Positions 35,220 through 46,291 of a stretch of 64,000 bases of DNA are shown piece by piece. This DNA is from Dendronephthya gigantea (taxonomy: Eukaryota). The translations under genes were made by a program, and so were the position numbers. Each line of letters begins with the position of its first letter. Position 1 is the first letter of the stretch. Below the pieces are notes generated by a model. The model saw only the letters and a program-made list of their open reading frames with translations, was not told the DNA's origin and searched no databases. The DNA lies in contig NW_021163015.1 in NCBI RefSeq assembly GCF_004324835.1, forward strand, positions 3,016,323 to 3,080,322. The letters are read 5' to 3'.

Positions 35220-37648
35220 TGCATCCAAATATAATCATATTATTCCAAGTAAGTACTGTAATTTAGAAGCTGACATTGCAAATTAAGCCAATGTGAGCTA
35301 TCGCTATTGAACACGAGAATTTGTTTCCAAATGGAAAATAGGGCAAAATGATCAGGTAAAAAGGTATTTTATTTCAACAAGTTCACCATTACTAATTCAA
35401 CCCATTGAACTTTAAAACATTTACTACATAAGCCAGATTTATTAAGAAGCATAAAAAACTACGGACCAACTGGGATAAAACCTTTAATACAATTGTACAA
35501 CATTGTCAATTGTGTCAAAATATACTAATTATGAAGAGTCTCAAGTCCTAGAAAAAACTGAAGCAATTTGGCCACACTAAAGTAAATAAATAGGCATTTA
35601 TCATGTTTTTGAAGAAAGTCTAGTTTTGTCAGGTTTGGATATTTTAGAATGAAATCAGTTTTTTCCATTAAGATGACTCTTCAACTGGTTATATAAATTA
35701 GCTTTCACACAGTATATCATAAATAATGTTGAAATCATGCAAACAAAAACATTGGGAATACTAAAACTAAATACAAGGTAAAAACGACTAACTAATGTTT
35801 ATCTAAAGCTAGGCACAGAGTGTTAACACATGCATGTTTTCATGTTTTTCACTTGGCAGCATTTAAGTAGCTGCCATGGTTGAACATTGATGTACGGACC
35901 ATGATGGTCAACAGAGGAAATAACCATCTTATAACGTGCAAAAAAGTTTGTAACAAGCATGTGTAAACTAAACTCTGATGTCAGTAGTTTTATGTATAAA
36001 TTGAGCAGTTAACATAAACTTATGATCAACTGCTCTCGTCATCATCTACAAGATCCTGTTCTGCTACAAACCATATTCATTTAGACATATATACCAACAA
36101 TCATCTAATTATATATTACTAATTTGTCGAAATACATTTTACATTGTTGAAGCACTAGTCCATGATCTGTATAAAATATAAATATGGTTTGCCCTCAGAA
36201 GTAGAAAAGATTTTTTTGGTCGTTGTAATAAATAGATGTTTTTTATCACTCAGTTTGTTTGTGCTTTTTCACTACAGATAATGAAACTTGAACATTTTAA
36301 TTCAATGTTTTGAGTATGCCAAAAATGTGAATTGCTTCAAAGCATTTTCAAAATATGATTGATACTTTTAGATACAAATGCTATAAATCTGTGGTGCATT
36401 TGTATAAAATACTTAAATTGGTGTTTTGATTAGCAGTGAAAATTCTTACATGAAATTCTGCCACACGTTAAACCACAGTCCTCAGTATTTAAAATACTGA
36501 ATAGTTTTAATAGACAACAGCTATTTCTCGTCATTCTTTAACTTATTTTTCGCAGTGAATATATATGGGCATTTATATGTTAATTACTACCACATGAAAA
36601 CAGGTCATCTATATATTTTGCACAATAGAGTATTCAGACAATAATTAAATCAAATCAACGGTAAGCCGATACTGTATGGTGGAAGTATTTATTTGTAGCC
36701 TGACCATGCCTTTCATCAAGAGCCTTTGCTTGACCAGACATGAATGAATTAATCAACAGAGTTTACATGAACAATTTACCTCAGACCGCCTAATAAATTA
36801 TACTTTGAGAGTTTTTGAGTATATCAGTGCCAATTTACTATGGTCAAATTAAAACCTGAATACTCATAGCCATCAAAAGATCAATAATTAGATTTAATGT
36901 TTAACGTTTGAACTTATCATTGACCATACTTGGAAAAACAAGTTTGAACAAATCTTTTAAAAAACAAACCATTTTACACCATCTCATGACTACCATCGTT
37001 AGACCAGACATAATCGTTATGGTACCATGATTCATGGTGATTTTACTTGGTAATTCAATTTCGGAATAATAGTTTTAAGTTCCGCAAGGAAAATGAACTG
37101 TAATATACTGTCATAAACATTTTGAAATGTAATGACAATAAAACAATCTAGAATCAACTATTGACCTCCAGGTTGATTAAATTATTTCTGAAGTATTCAA
37201 GGAATTTCCTCCTAAGACAAATGAACAAAGAAGTAATCTGGCTCCACAGTGGAAGTTATGTAAACTATGACAAAATAAGCTATCTTGGAACTTAAAATAG
37301 CCGTCTATTTGTGAAAGAATTAACAAAACTGTGTTTTTGTCTAACGCGTAGCAACATTTCATTATTGTATTTGCCCGCAGGTGTCGGCACAGACAAAATA
37401 TCTTTTTTAAATTAAAACGGAAACAGAACTATGCCAAACAAAGGTGTCAAAAGCTCGCAAATATTTCCGATATATTGCTATCGGTCGTCTTGCCTATTCA
37501 AACAATATAAAACAAAAACCTATACTAAAATCTGTTCAACGCAACATGTACACGTTACAATAAATCTGTGTAAGCACCGTAGAGGGAAATTTTTTAAAAT
37601 CGTCAAATCAGTATTACCAGCACTTGCATACCTTTCGTGTTTTGGCTA

Positions 37649-38833
37649 CTATATTCTGTACGCCTTCCCAATGTTAATATTAGTATCGTTCTGCTCAACA
37701 GTTTTCATCATATTTGTTTCAACAATGGGTGAAACACGTTCGTTATTGTTCGATTCATTACTTTTGATAACCGAAGTTTGAACATGCGAGCTGCCATAAG
37801 TCGGAGAGAGTTTTGCATGAGGAGGGGAAGCAGGCATTTCGACTGGCTCTCGTTTAATATTGATCACCCCGTGTTCTGCACCGTTTTCAATCGGCACTGT
37901 CTGTGCGATGGGTTGCGTTACAACATGAACCACTTCGGAGCCGTTTGCAGTTACAGGAGCCTGTTGAACCACTGCAGTCTGGCCGTTTGTCGTGTTGGGC
38001 CTAATAATTACACTCCCGCCTTGTACAAACACATAAGGAGTATTTAAATTGTTTTTTCCAGAGCCCGGGACTTGTGTAATGATCGTCGAGGTAGCTTGAT
38101 TTGTATGTTTCAGCACGGTGACATTAGAATATTGTGTTTCTTGCCAAGGGCTAGGTAGGCCACCTTGCGAGATGTTAGTGTATTGACCATAAGGACGTTT
38201 CATTCCTCGTTGGCGACGTTTTGGTTTGTATTTATAGCCGGGATTATCTCGCTTGTGTTGCTTGTCCAGTTTGGCTGCCTCTTCGACATAGGGCTGTTTC
38301 TTATCAGCGGGTAACATGCGCCATAATTTTCCTAGCATTTTACTCAACTCTGCGTTATGAACGTGAGGGTATTGTTCAGCTAGTTGTCTTCTCATTGATT
38401 GGGCCCAGATCATAAAACTATTCATCGGCCTTTTAATATGCCCTTCTTTGCCGCTTTCTAACGAAAATTGTTTGGCCAAAGCCTCGTGGCGACTCTGGTT
38501 GTCTTTCGCCAACTCCGCTCGGGCGATTGCCTCCATATCGAACGTGGCCGGCCATTTTGTCTTACTTTCGTCTTCTGAAAGAGGTTTTGCTTCGTTGCCG
38601 ATATCGTTAATGTGTTCTCCTTTACCGCTTTCGTGTGCGACGCTCGCTGCTTGTCCGACGCCATTGCTGTGTTTGGCAACATCGGGTCGCGCGATCGCAT
38701 CCATGTCTATGTTCGCTTGCCACACTTTGTTTTCGCCGTCGGTTGCTGAAAGAGGATTGCCTTCTTTCCCGACGTTGTCCGGTCCAATTCCCAGTGTAGA
38801 AATCGTTGGTTTTACATCGCATTCAGTGGCCAT
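37649..38833 (-). CDS. Sox-family HMG-box transcription factor with a SoxE-like HMG domain, encoded in a single uninterrupted exon of 394 aa
   Basis: HMG box at about 38213-38440: [75 protein letters not shown]. Compare SOX9 as I recall it: [75 protein letters not shown]. The shared WAQ..RR.LA.QYPH.HNAELSK.LGKLWR signature is SoxE-type. No recognisable SoxE dimerisation domain precedes the box. Instead the N-terminus carries an internal duplication of roughly 50 aa ([21 protein letters not shown]...SGKGEHI vs [22 protein letters not shown]...SGKEGHI). The ORF-track start at 38854 is TTG, so the first ATG, at 38833, is used. Confidence 0.8.
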   Translation of the reverse strand: MATECDVKPTISTLGIGPDNVGKEGNPLSATDGENKVWQANIDMDAIARPDVAKHSNGVGQAASVAHESGKGEHINDIGNEAKPLSEDESKTKWPATFDMEAIARAELAKDNQSRHEALAKQFSLESGKEGHIKRPMNSFMIWAQSMRRQLAEQYPHVHNAELSKMLGKLWRMLPADKKQPYVEEAAKLDKQHKRDNPGYKYKPKRRQRGMKRPYGQYTNISQGGLPSPWQETQYSNVTVLKHTNQATSTIITQVPGSGKNNLNTPYVFVQGGSVIIRPNTTNGQTAVVQQAPVTANGSEVVHVVTQPIAQTVPIENGAEHGVINIKREPVEMPASPPHAKLSPTYGSSHVQTSVIKSNESNNNERVSPIVETNMMKTVEQNDTNINIGKAYRI

Positions 38834-39207
38834 GATGCTGTCTCTAGCTCGCAATAAACAAAGCGATGACTATTGTTCCAAAGTAAAAGCTATTGTTTTC
38901 GTGTCACGTGGCAAAAGTGTCCCTTTAGGGCTTTTGTCAAACGATACGATCTGTATTTTTAATCAAGTGCTTCCTTTTCTTCTGTTGTTACCGCGTTTAG
39001 CCCAATAAACGTTTCCCTAAATAACCTTCCCCCTCATGGCAAGAAGGCCCAGTTCAGATAGACAGCAAGCAGTTGAAAGCAGCGGAAATAATGGCATTTG
39101 AACCTGAATAGCTCTGAAATAATTAATGCAGGGAACAAAAGCTTGAAAGAGACGCCGAAATCTATTGTCAGTAAGAAAAGACAATATCCTATCGCTAACA
39201 TTAGCGT

Positions 39208-39215
39208 GTTTAATT
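39208..39215. repeat. Target-site duplication GTTTAATT, 5' copy
   Basis: Identical 8-mer immediately outside both transposon termini (…GTGTTTAATT|CAGTGGCG…CGCCACTG|GTTTAATTTCC…). Confidence 0.85.
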
Positions 39216-39486
39216 CAGTGGCGTAGCTACCGGTCCTGCTCGTCCTGCCCAGCAGGACTAAAAATTTCCCCAAAATTTTGAAAAAACCACTCCAAAAAAA
39301 TTTATGAAATATTTTTGAAGCCTAAGCCTTATAAATTCCGCAATTATATTTTTCGATTCGTTTCTAGCAACAGTTACCACTCGGAAGCTCGCGCCCGCAA
39401 ATATAATCGATCCCACGCATTGATGCTTCAGGCCTAATAACATATATGACATATATATGATATATATATATACAGATCAATGGCTC

Positions 39487-39634
39487 ACTCCTGCTATTTT
39501 GCCAAGGCAGGAGCTGCTATAATATTCTATAGAAGAAAATACTCAATTCTGATTGGATAAATGGCCTCTTACTCACTCATAATTGGCTGGTTACAACTCC
39601 GCACTCCTGCTATCTCGACAAGGCAGGAGCTGCA
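39487..39634. repeat. Two copies of a 32-34-nt hairpin motif, (G)CACTCCTGCTAT(T/C)T(T/C)G(C/A)CAAGGCAGGAGCTGC, at 39487-39518 and 39599-39634 in the transposon 5' subterminal region. A related palindrome GGTCCTGCTCGTCCTGCCCAGCAGGAC lies at 39236-39262
   Basis: Read directly from the sequence. Each unit is a 7-bp stem (CTCCTGC/GCAGGAG) around a 13-14-nt loop, and all share a CCTGC...GCAGG core. The GGTCCTGC motif recurs inverted near the 3' terminus (GAGCAGGACC at 43221-43230). Confidence 0.7.
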
Positions 39635-39727
39635 TATTGTATTGCCTTTTCTTGCGAGGTTTCCGCGTGAGTACACACACTTGAGCGTAGTTTGCATAGT
39701 TATTGTCTTTGAGCGAGTGTTTTTGTA

Positions 39728-41889
39728 ATGGCTTCAGCAAGCGTGACGAATCTAGCTTCAACTGAAGCTGATATCATAAATTCTTTGTTAAGAAAATCAT
39801 TTTCTGTTCGAGCAACCGCGGAACAAAATGTTATTGTTAAGCAAAGGCCAATGCCGAATTTGAGTATTAGTGCGAGAGGGAGATCTTTTCAAATGGCTTG
39901 GTATGAAAAGAAGGATTGGCTTTGTGGCAGCACAGAGTTAAAGAGATTATTTTGCTGGCCGTGTCTTTTGTTTTGCCCTGGAAAGTCGCCGACTTGGAGC
40001 AAGAATGGTTATAGCGACATGCATGGCTTCCTCTCTGATTGCAAAAAGCATGAAAAGGCGAAGTCACACATGGCTGCTTTCAAGACCTGGAAGACGTACG
40101 GTTCCGGTGCTCGAGTGGATTCTCTTATCTCCCAAGCAAGAAGAGACGAGATACAACGCCACAATGAGGAGGTAAGGCAAAACAGAGAAATTTTAAAAAC
40201 CATAACCGAGGCTGTTTTGTATTTATCCAAACAGGAGTTGGCGTTTAGAGGCCATGATGAATCTGAAGATAGCTTGAACCGCGGTAATTACAGGGAGTTA
40301 CTCGAGTCCTATGCTAAGTTAGATTCTGTATTTGAACGACGATTGCATGGCAGACTAGCTGAATCTGGTCAGGGTGGAGATTCACGTTTCACTGGGGTCT
40401 CTCCTGAAATACAAAATGATTTAATCTGTTGCCTTGATTCCATTATTGAAGATACTATTTTTAAGGAGATTAACGAGTGTACCTTCATCAGTGTGCAGGT
40501 TGATGAAACTTCTGATGTCTCAACTAAGGAACAGGTAAGCATGATAGTCCGTATGGATAAAGGTTGTGAGATAGTAGAAAGACAATTGGGATTTGGAGAT
40601 GTCAGCACAAAGAGAGATGCTGCTGCCATATCCCAGTTTGTGAAGGATAAGCTTAGTCCCCATTCCAACATCAAGGATAAATTAGTGATGCAAACCTATG
40701 ATGGTGCTGCTGTTATGTCTGGTCATGTTAGTGGTGTCCAGGTTCGAGTGCGTCAAGAATATCCTTTTGCATACTTTGTTCATTGTGCAGCTCACAGATT
40801 AAATCTAGTTTTGTGTCAGTCTGCCTCATCTATAGCCCCTGTTAAAGTTTTCTTTGTTGATATAGGAGCATTTTGTACTTTTACTAGTAATGCCCCTCAA
40901 AGAAAAGCCTTTCTTAATTCTCATCAAATCGAGTTCCCCAGCCCTGGTGATACTAGGTGGTACTATCGATCTCGTGTGATAAGTGTCTTGCATAGAAATT
41001 ACCAGAAACTTCATGACATTTTTCTTGGAGAAGTGGATGAGCCTGGGAGCTGGGATGGAGAATCATTGGGAAAGATACATGGTTTGCTACATAATATTAG
41101 TAGTTTTTGTTTTGCTTTTTGGTCTGTGTTTTTCAACAGATTTTCCAACAATCATCAATCCTATATGAAATTCTGCAAGGCCAACAAACTGACTTTAACT
41201 ATGGTATGGTAAGAATTCAGCGTTTTGTAACCTTTGTTTCTTCTCTTCGTAGTGATGATAAATTTTCTGAATTATACCAAGAAGCAGTAGATATATTGGG
41301 CCCACCAGAAAGCAGACTTGAGAAAAGACACAACCATAAGCAAATTTATTTTGAGATTATCGACTCCATTGTTAGTATGATGAATGAGAGGTTTCAGGAT
41401 ATGAAACAATATGCATTTTTAGATCTTGTCAATCCAAAAAAATTTGCATCTTGGGGTGGGGTGGTACCACCTGAGAAAATTAATTTACTAAAAGAGATGT
41501 ATGGGCCCCTTTATGATATCTCCATGCTTGAGAGCCAACTTTCTTTCATTTACAGGGATCAGGATTTTCATAAAGACACATGTAATGAATTACTAACCTA
41601 TATTTTTAAGTTTAATCTCCAATCTAGTATTCCTGAAGCTGTCAAATTAATGAAAATGAATGTTGTCTTGTCAGTAACTAGTGCTTCTGTTGAAAGGTCA
41701 TTTTCCTGCTTGAAAAGGGTAAAGACCTATTTGAGAAATAGAATGAGTCAAGGGCGCCTTAGTTCTCTTTGTAGGATTTCAATCCATAGAGACATTCTAA
41801 AAGAAAAAGAAGATGCCAATGTGCTACATAGTGAAGTTGTGGAGAAGTTTGTGGAGAAGCCAAGGAGACTTGCCTTTCTTTACAAATAG
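39728..41889 (+). CDS. hAT transposase with N-terminal TTF-type (ZMYM1-like) zinc finger, central RNase-H-like/DUF4371 region and C-terminal hAT dimerisation domain. 705 aa, 2 exons with a 44-nt intron at 41209-41252
   Basis: N-terminus RSFQMAWYEKKDWLCGSTELKRLFCWPCLLF (zf-TTF pattern F..W.....WL........LFC..C.LF). Central ...FISVQVDETSDVS...LVMQTYDGAAVMSGHVSGVQVRVRQEYPFAYFVHCAAHRLNLVL (typical hAT catalytic region). C-terminus ...SVTSASVERSFSCLKRVKTYLRNRMSQGRLSSLCRISIHRD (hAT C-terminal dimerisation motif). The ORF track shows two overlapping ORFs (39728-41212 and 41107-41889). A canonical GTAAGA...TCTTCGTAG intron joins them in frame (...LTLTMV-C-DDKFSELYQEAV...), so the reading frame looks intact and there are no internal stops. 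Confidence 0.78.
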
Positions 41890-41939
41890 TAGACAGGTTA
41901 AGTATAAGAGACATTAGCTGTTGAATGTAAGTATAACTA

Positions 41940-42830
41940 TTTCATTACTAGTTCATCCCTGTTAAATGGGTTCAATTTTTATAATTCATTCATCATAAGC
42001 AGTCCTTTGTGCACTCTTGCACCTTATTGTAATAGCCTGTTATATAAAATATTAAAACTTAAAAAAATTATTTGTATATCATTTAATTGGTCCAAGGGGA
42101 GATATTCACTGCTGGTGTGGTGACCCCATGGGCCATCTGTTCACACTGTATTGAATAGTTACTATTCATTAATTGCTTATGAGTTATGAGCAGTTTTTTG
42201 TGCACTCTTGCACCTTTTCACTTCATGTAATATATGTGTTAAAGAAATATTAAAATCATAAAAATATATTCTTCTAATTATAATAATAATAAAAAATCTT
42301 TACAGAGGAAAGCTTCCATCACCAATAGTGCTTTTCAGGAAGGTCCTCTAAATTGGTTCTAGGGGAGATATCCACAAGTGTGGTGACCCCAATATATAAA
42401 TAATGGGCCATCCCTGTTCATATTGAATTGAATATTTACTTTAAATTCATGTATGAGCAGTCCTTTGTGCACTCTTGCACCTTTTCTTGTAACCTATGTG
42501 TTTAAGAAAGTATTAAAAACATATAAAATCTTATATATTTTTTCTCTTAATGGGGAGATACCCACACTTAAGGTGTGGTGACCCCAATAAATATTCATTC
42601 ATCATGTATGAGTGGTCTTTTGTGCACCCTTGCATAGTTGCACCTTTTCACTGCAATATACATATGTGTAATGTGTTTAATAGTTCTTAGTGACTTCTTA
42701 CTTCTTTTGCATTTACCATTCTGTTCATACTGATACTGTATTAGATATTATCTATATTCTTACTTTTCATCATGTATGAGCAGTCACTAGTGCATTGCGC
42801 ACTATTGTACGTTTCATTGTTTTCCGTTTC
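41940..42830. repeat. Degenerate tandem array (about 5 units of ~150-270 bp) inside the transposon, 3' of the transposase gene
   Basis: Recurrent blocks ATGAGCAGTCCTTTGTGCACTCTTGCACCTT (near 41995, 42185, 42455, 42607, 42777) alternating with GGGGAGATA(T/C)(T/C)CAC...GGTGTGGTGACCCCA(T/A) (near 42096, 42361, 42553). AT-rich spacers contain ...TATTAAAA...ATAAAA... Confidence 0.7.
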
Positions 42831-43257
42831 TTCATTCTCGTTAAATGATATTGAAAACAAGTGACATCGTCTTTGTCAATCGTGAGCCAATTTGCGCTAA
42901 GTGTGTGTACTTGCAATTTGAAAATAAAACGAGGAGTAATGGGCCATGGCATATTTAGTTGCAGCAATACAGAAATGCAATTATGCAACTCTTTTACTTT
43001 CTGGCTATGATGAGCGTTGTCTATTTGACTTCTACAGTGCAAAAGCTTTATTCTCTGAGCCATTTATGGTCTATCAGAGTTGCAGGGTTAGGGCAAATTT
43101 TTTGTTGATACTGCCCCCAGAACGCCGCAAATGCTGTTTCCAGGCTTCCAGATATCAAAAATTTTCTGGGGGAGCATGCCCCCAGACCCCCCTGGGATGC
43201 TCGCACCTTCGGTGCTCGATGAGCAGGACCATCACCGAGGTGCTGGCTACGCCACTG

Positions 43258-43265
43258 GTTTAATT
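43258..43265. repeat. Target-site duplication GTTTAATT, 3' copy
   Basis: See the 5' copy. Confidence 0.85.
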
Positions 43266-46200
43266 TCCGTCTTGTTCAAATAGCGGCCTGAACGTTGGGA
43301 AAATTTCGCAAGAAAATGCTTGGAATAGAACAAAACAAAAGGTTTAGTGTTTCGCGCTGTTCTCTTGCTGAGAAATCGCAGTCTTTTTCTAATCCCTGTA
43401 ATTCTATAAATATTTTTCGAGAGAATATAAGAGAATACTTAGCATTTCAATCGTGTCTTTGTGTGGGCGATTTGAATTAGTAACAGACGAGGATTAAGAA
43501 GTTTTTCTTCGAAGAATATAATGAAATATTATTAAATATACTAACAAAGTCAAAGACAAATTATTGACTGTAGAACCATAATTAATTCCTGGTAAGCGAG
43601 ATCTCGAGAAGAGGTGCTTGAGTTTACAAGAGTACTACAGATTCATTGAATTCTTACTCGTAAAAACAAAACAGTTTTTTATGCCATCAGGCGTCTATGG
43701 TTTGGTCATTAGCAAAAGGAGACAATATGTTGTCCCGAAAACAAAGACATTTGCAATTAAATGTGTCGCAAACAGCGTCAAATTCCGTTTAATTATTTAT
43801 CACTTCTGTCGGGAAAGGTTGGCTATATTTATCAACAATACACTCCAAGACCATAGCTTTTGTTTTGGCTGATTTGCCAACATGAGCAAGCGCATGATTT
43901 GCCTTGTAATTGTAATTGTATGGTGTAATCGGTGTAATTTGGATTCGGCAGAGATTGCCATTCGCCTATCCCCTTTGTCCTTGAACGTATTATTTTACCA
44001 ATATCTTTTGCGTTTGATCATTTCACAAAGGTCATTCAAATTGAATTGAATTAAAGTGAAATAAATATCAAAGAAAATAGGTTATGAGTTAGTAAGTTAC
44101 CAGTTACAATCAGTTACTACTTTTTGACCCAGGATTTCCAGAACCAAGACGTCGAGTTTAGATCTCGGGCAACGAAGGACTAAGTTCTACAGGAAGTAAA
44201 GGCTTGGTCAATTGAATTTGATAATTGATACATGTACTAGTCAAACTTTCGATGGTAACGGTTTAATTATCGTCCAGTTATCAATGGGTTGAATCTTTAC
44301 TACTTCCCACTACAATCGAAGCTCCTAGGATTGACTTTTCTAAGGGGTTTTTGCGAAAATTCGCTTCACGTAAACCTTGCGTAGAAAGCAGGGTGAAGCA
44401 CTAGGCTTAGGGGCATGTTTCCTTCTAATTTTGAAAGTGTTAAGAACAGATTCTGCTTACTAGAATTTTTGATACCTAGGCTAACACAATTTCCGTGAAA
44501 GATTATTCTGCATTGACTCATTTCAGACAGTGTTTGTGACAAGACAACAACATTTCTGTCGGCTGATGTATTAATAAACTGCCTTTAAACATAAAATTCT
44601 TTAATTTCATTGATTATAGGGCATCCTTTGCCATCCTCTCCCCTGCCGGCAAAAGAGAAAAGGGGCCACCATCGGGGCGATAGAAGCAGGGGCTGCTTCT
44701 TCAACAAATTTTGGTATCCCTGGACATGGGCATCGTCCGTGTCTTTGATCATACCTGCATGCAAATCTCTCTCTTTGCATTTTGTATGAAAATGAAGCCG
44801 TAAAACATATTGCAGGTTTATTCATTTAATTTCAACAAATGAATCCTAGTTTGTTGTCATCTTTCCTAGTGTTTCCAACAGGTGTTTTGCAGGTAACATG
44901 GCGGAGACTTCAGAAACACTACGCGTATTTACAATTTCTGCTTTATATTTTGATTTCAAACAATGATTCACAGCAAATCCAATCGCTTTATGCAGTGGTG
45001 TGTATTGCTGTCATTATTGTCCCTCATGAGCGCCTACTGTTCTGTTGGTGCCACAAGAAATCGTCAAGATTTCAACCGACAAAATGAGATGCGGTTTTTT
45101 GACCGTTCAACAAAACAAATTATTTATTGGCTACAAAAGGACCCGCCTGACGGTAGGACTAACGGGGGAGTGTTTTATATAAAAAAATAAGACTGGTGTA
45201 ACTGTAAACATATATATATATACTAGAAATCCGTCCAACCTTTAAGGGTCTATGGTCCAGGTAAATGTTATCATAACTGGTTGAATAGTTGTGATATAGT
45301 CATGGATTACATGGTCAAACTCCCTGATGGTGGAGTTGATTTCAGTAGATAACTTTATAACGTTTCTCGGCCAGCTGTGATATTTGTGCTAATTTTGGTG
45401 AATATCCTATCTACATGCATGATGGGTAGGTAGATTGTTATTTTGCAATGGTGTGTGTGATCTGTGATTCTTGTCTAAGCATGCTTGCATGCAGATATGA
45501 ATTTAAAAGTATACGTTCCCTTCAATTGATGTACGTTAATTGTCTTCATTAATCAAATAGAAATTTTTAAAGAGGTAATTGGAAACTGGAACAACAACAC
45601 AGTTAATGTTAAAAGCAAGGTAATAATTGGTCTACCACCAAACTTTTTATGTAAGTCTCGATACTGAGCCTCTCTGAACACATTCTTCGCCTCCACTGCA
45701 TTCTCTGACTGCTTTCGTCTTCTTTCTAGATTGTCTTATATGAGTGGCCGTTCATTGCGTTCTCTGGATTCCTCTTTCTCTCCGTTCTCACTACATCCAT
45801 CACTGGCTTCGTCATCCTTTTTTACAAGAAAATTATTAAAGCTAAACCAGACAAGAATTCTCTCGAAACCTCGATCGTGGCTAGCTGCACATCTGGCAAT
45901 CGTGGCTACGTCTTCCTACTTGCTTTCTTGTCCTGTTTCTTAATGTATGTCATTTCATAACGATGCATATAGAAAGAAAAAGAAACCATGCCACCTCTAA
46001 TCCCTACTAGTTTGATATGCAATTACTGCAGCATAGTGCAGCCACGGTATTACACCTTTAGAGCTTTTTTCGACCATTTCAAAGCTATCCTTTCTTATCT
46101 TCCTAGAATTACAGACCTTTGTTTGCTCATATCAAACAACCATCTTTCAGAAGGCCTGCCCCACGCCAGAAGGACGTTGATTAATTCCATTGATAGCCTG

Positions 46201-46291
46201 CAAGATTTTCAAAATAACACAATACAAGTTAGTCGGCTTAAAATATGCAGATTTCATTTTGTACATTACATATGTCGTTTTTCTATTGTAG

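Larger units (their letters stand above)
39216..43257 (+). mobile_element. Complete hAT-superfamily DNA transposon, 4,042 bp: terminal inverted repeats, 8-bp target-site duplication, a single transposase gene, and subterminal/internal repeats
   Basis: 5' end CAGTGGCGTAGCTACCGGTCCTGCTC. Reverse complement of the 3' end is CAGTGGCGTAGCCAGCACCTCGGTGATGGTCCTGCTC. The outer 12 nt are identical and a GGTCCTGCTC block is shared subterminally. The element is flanked on both sides by GTTTAATT (39208-39215 and 43258-43265), and an 8-bp TSD is the hAT hallmark. The internal ORF has zf-TTF-like and hAT-dimerisation signatures (see transposase CDS). Confidence 0.85.

Noticed and set aside
38448-39008. 186-aa plus-strand ORF, and other plus-strand ORFs at 37778-38047 and 38221-38415, opposite the Sox gene
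   Set aside because: These are antisense shadow ORFs of a relatively GC-rich coding region. The minus-strand frame carries a textbook HMG box.
41107-41212. Apparent frameshift in the transposase: two overlapping ORFs (39728-41212 and 41107-41889) that look like a disrupted pseudogene
   Set aside because: A canonical 44-nt GTAAGA...CTTCGTAG intron at 41209-41252 joins the two reading frames without loss of conserved residues. The gene is more likely intact and spliced than frameshifted, though only RNA evidence can settle this.
42946-43263. 105-aa ORF spanning the transposon 3' terminus
   Set aside because: It crosses the TIR/TSD boundary and has no homology. It is incompatible with being a host or element gene.
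45731-45943. 70-aa Ser-rich ORF (MSYMSGRSLRSLDSSFSPFSL...) as a possible first exon of the downstream uncharacterized gene
   Set aside because: Low-complexity, with no phase-compatible donor joining it to the 46292 exon that I could find. It is left unannotated.
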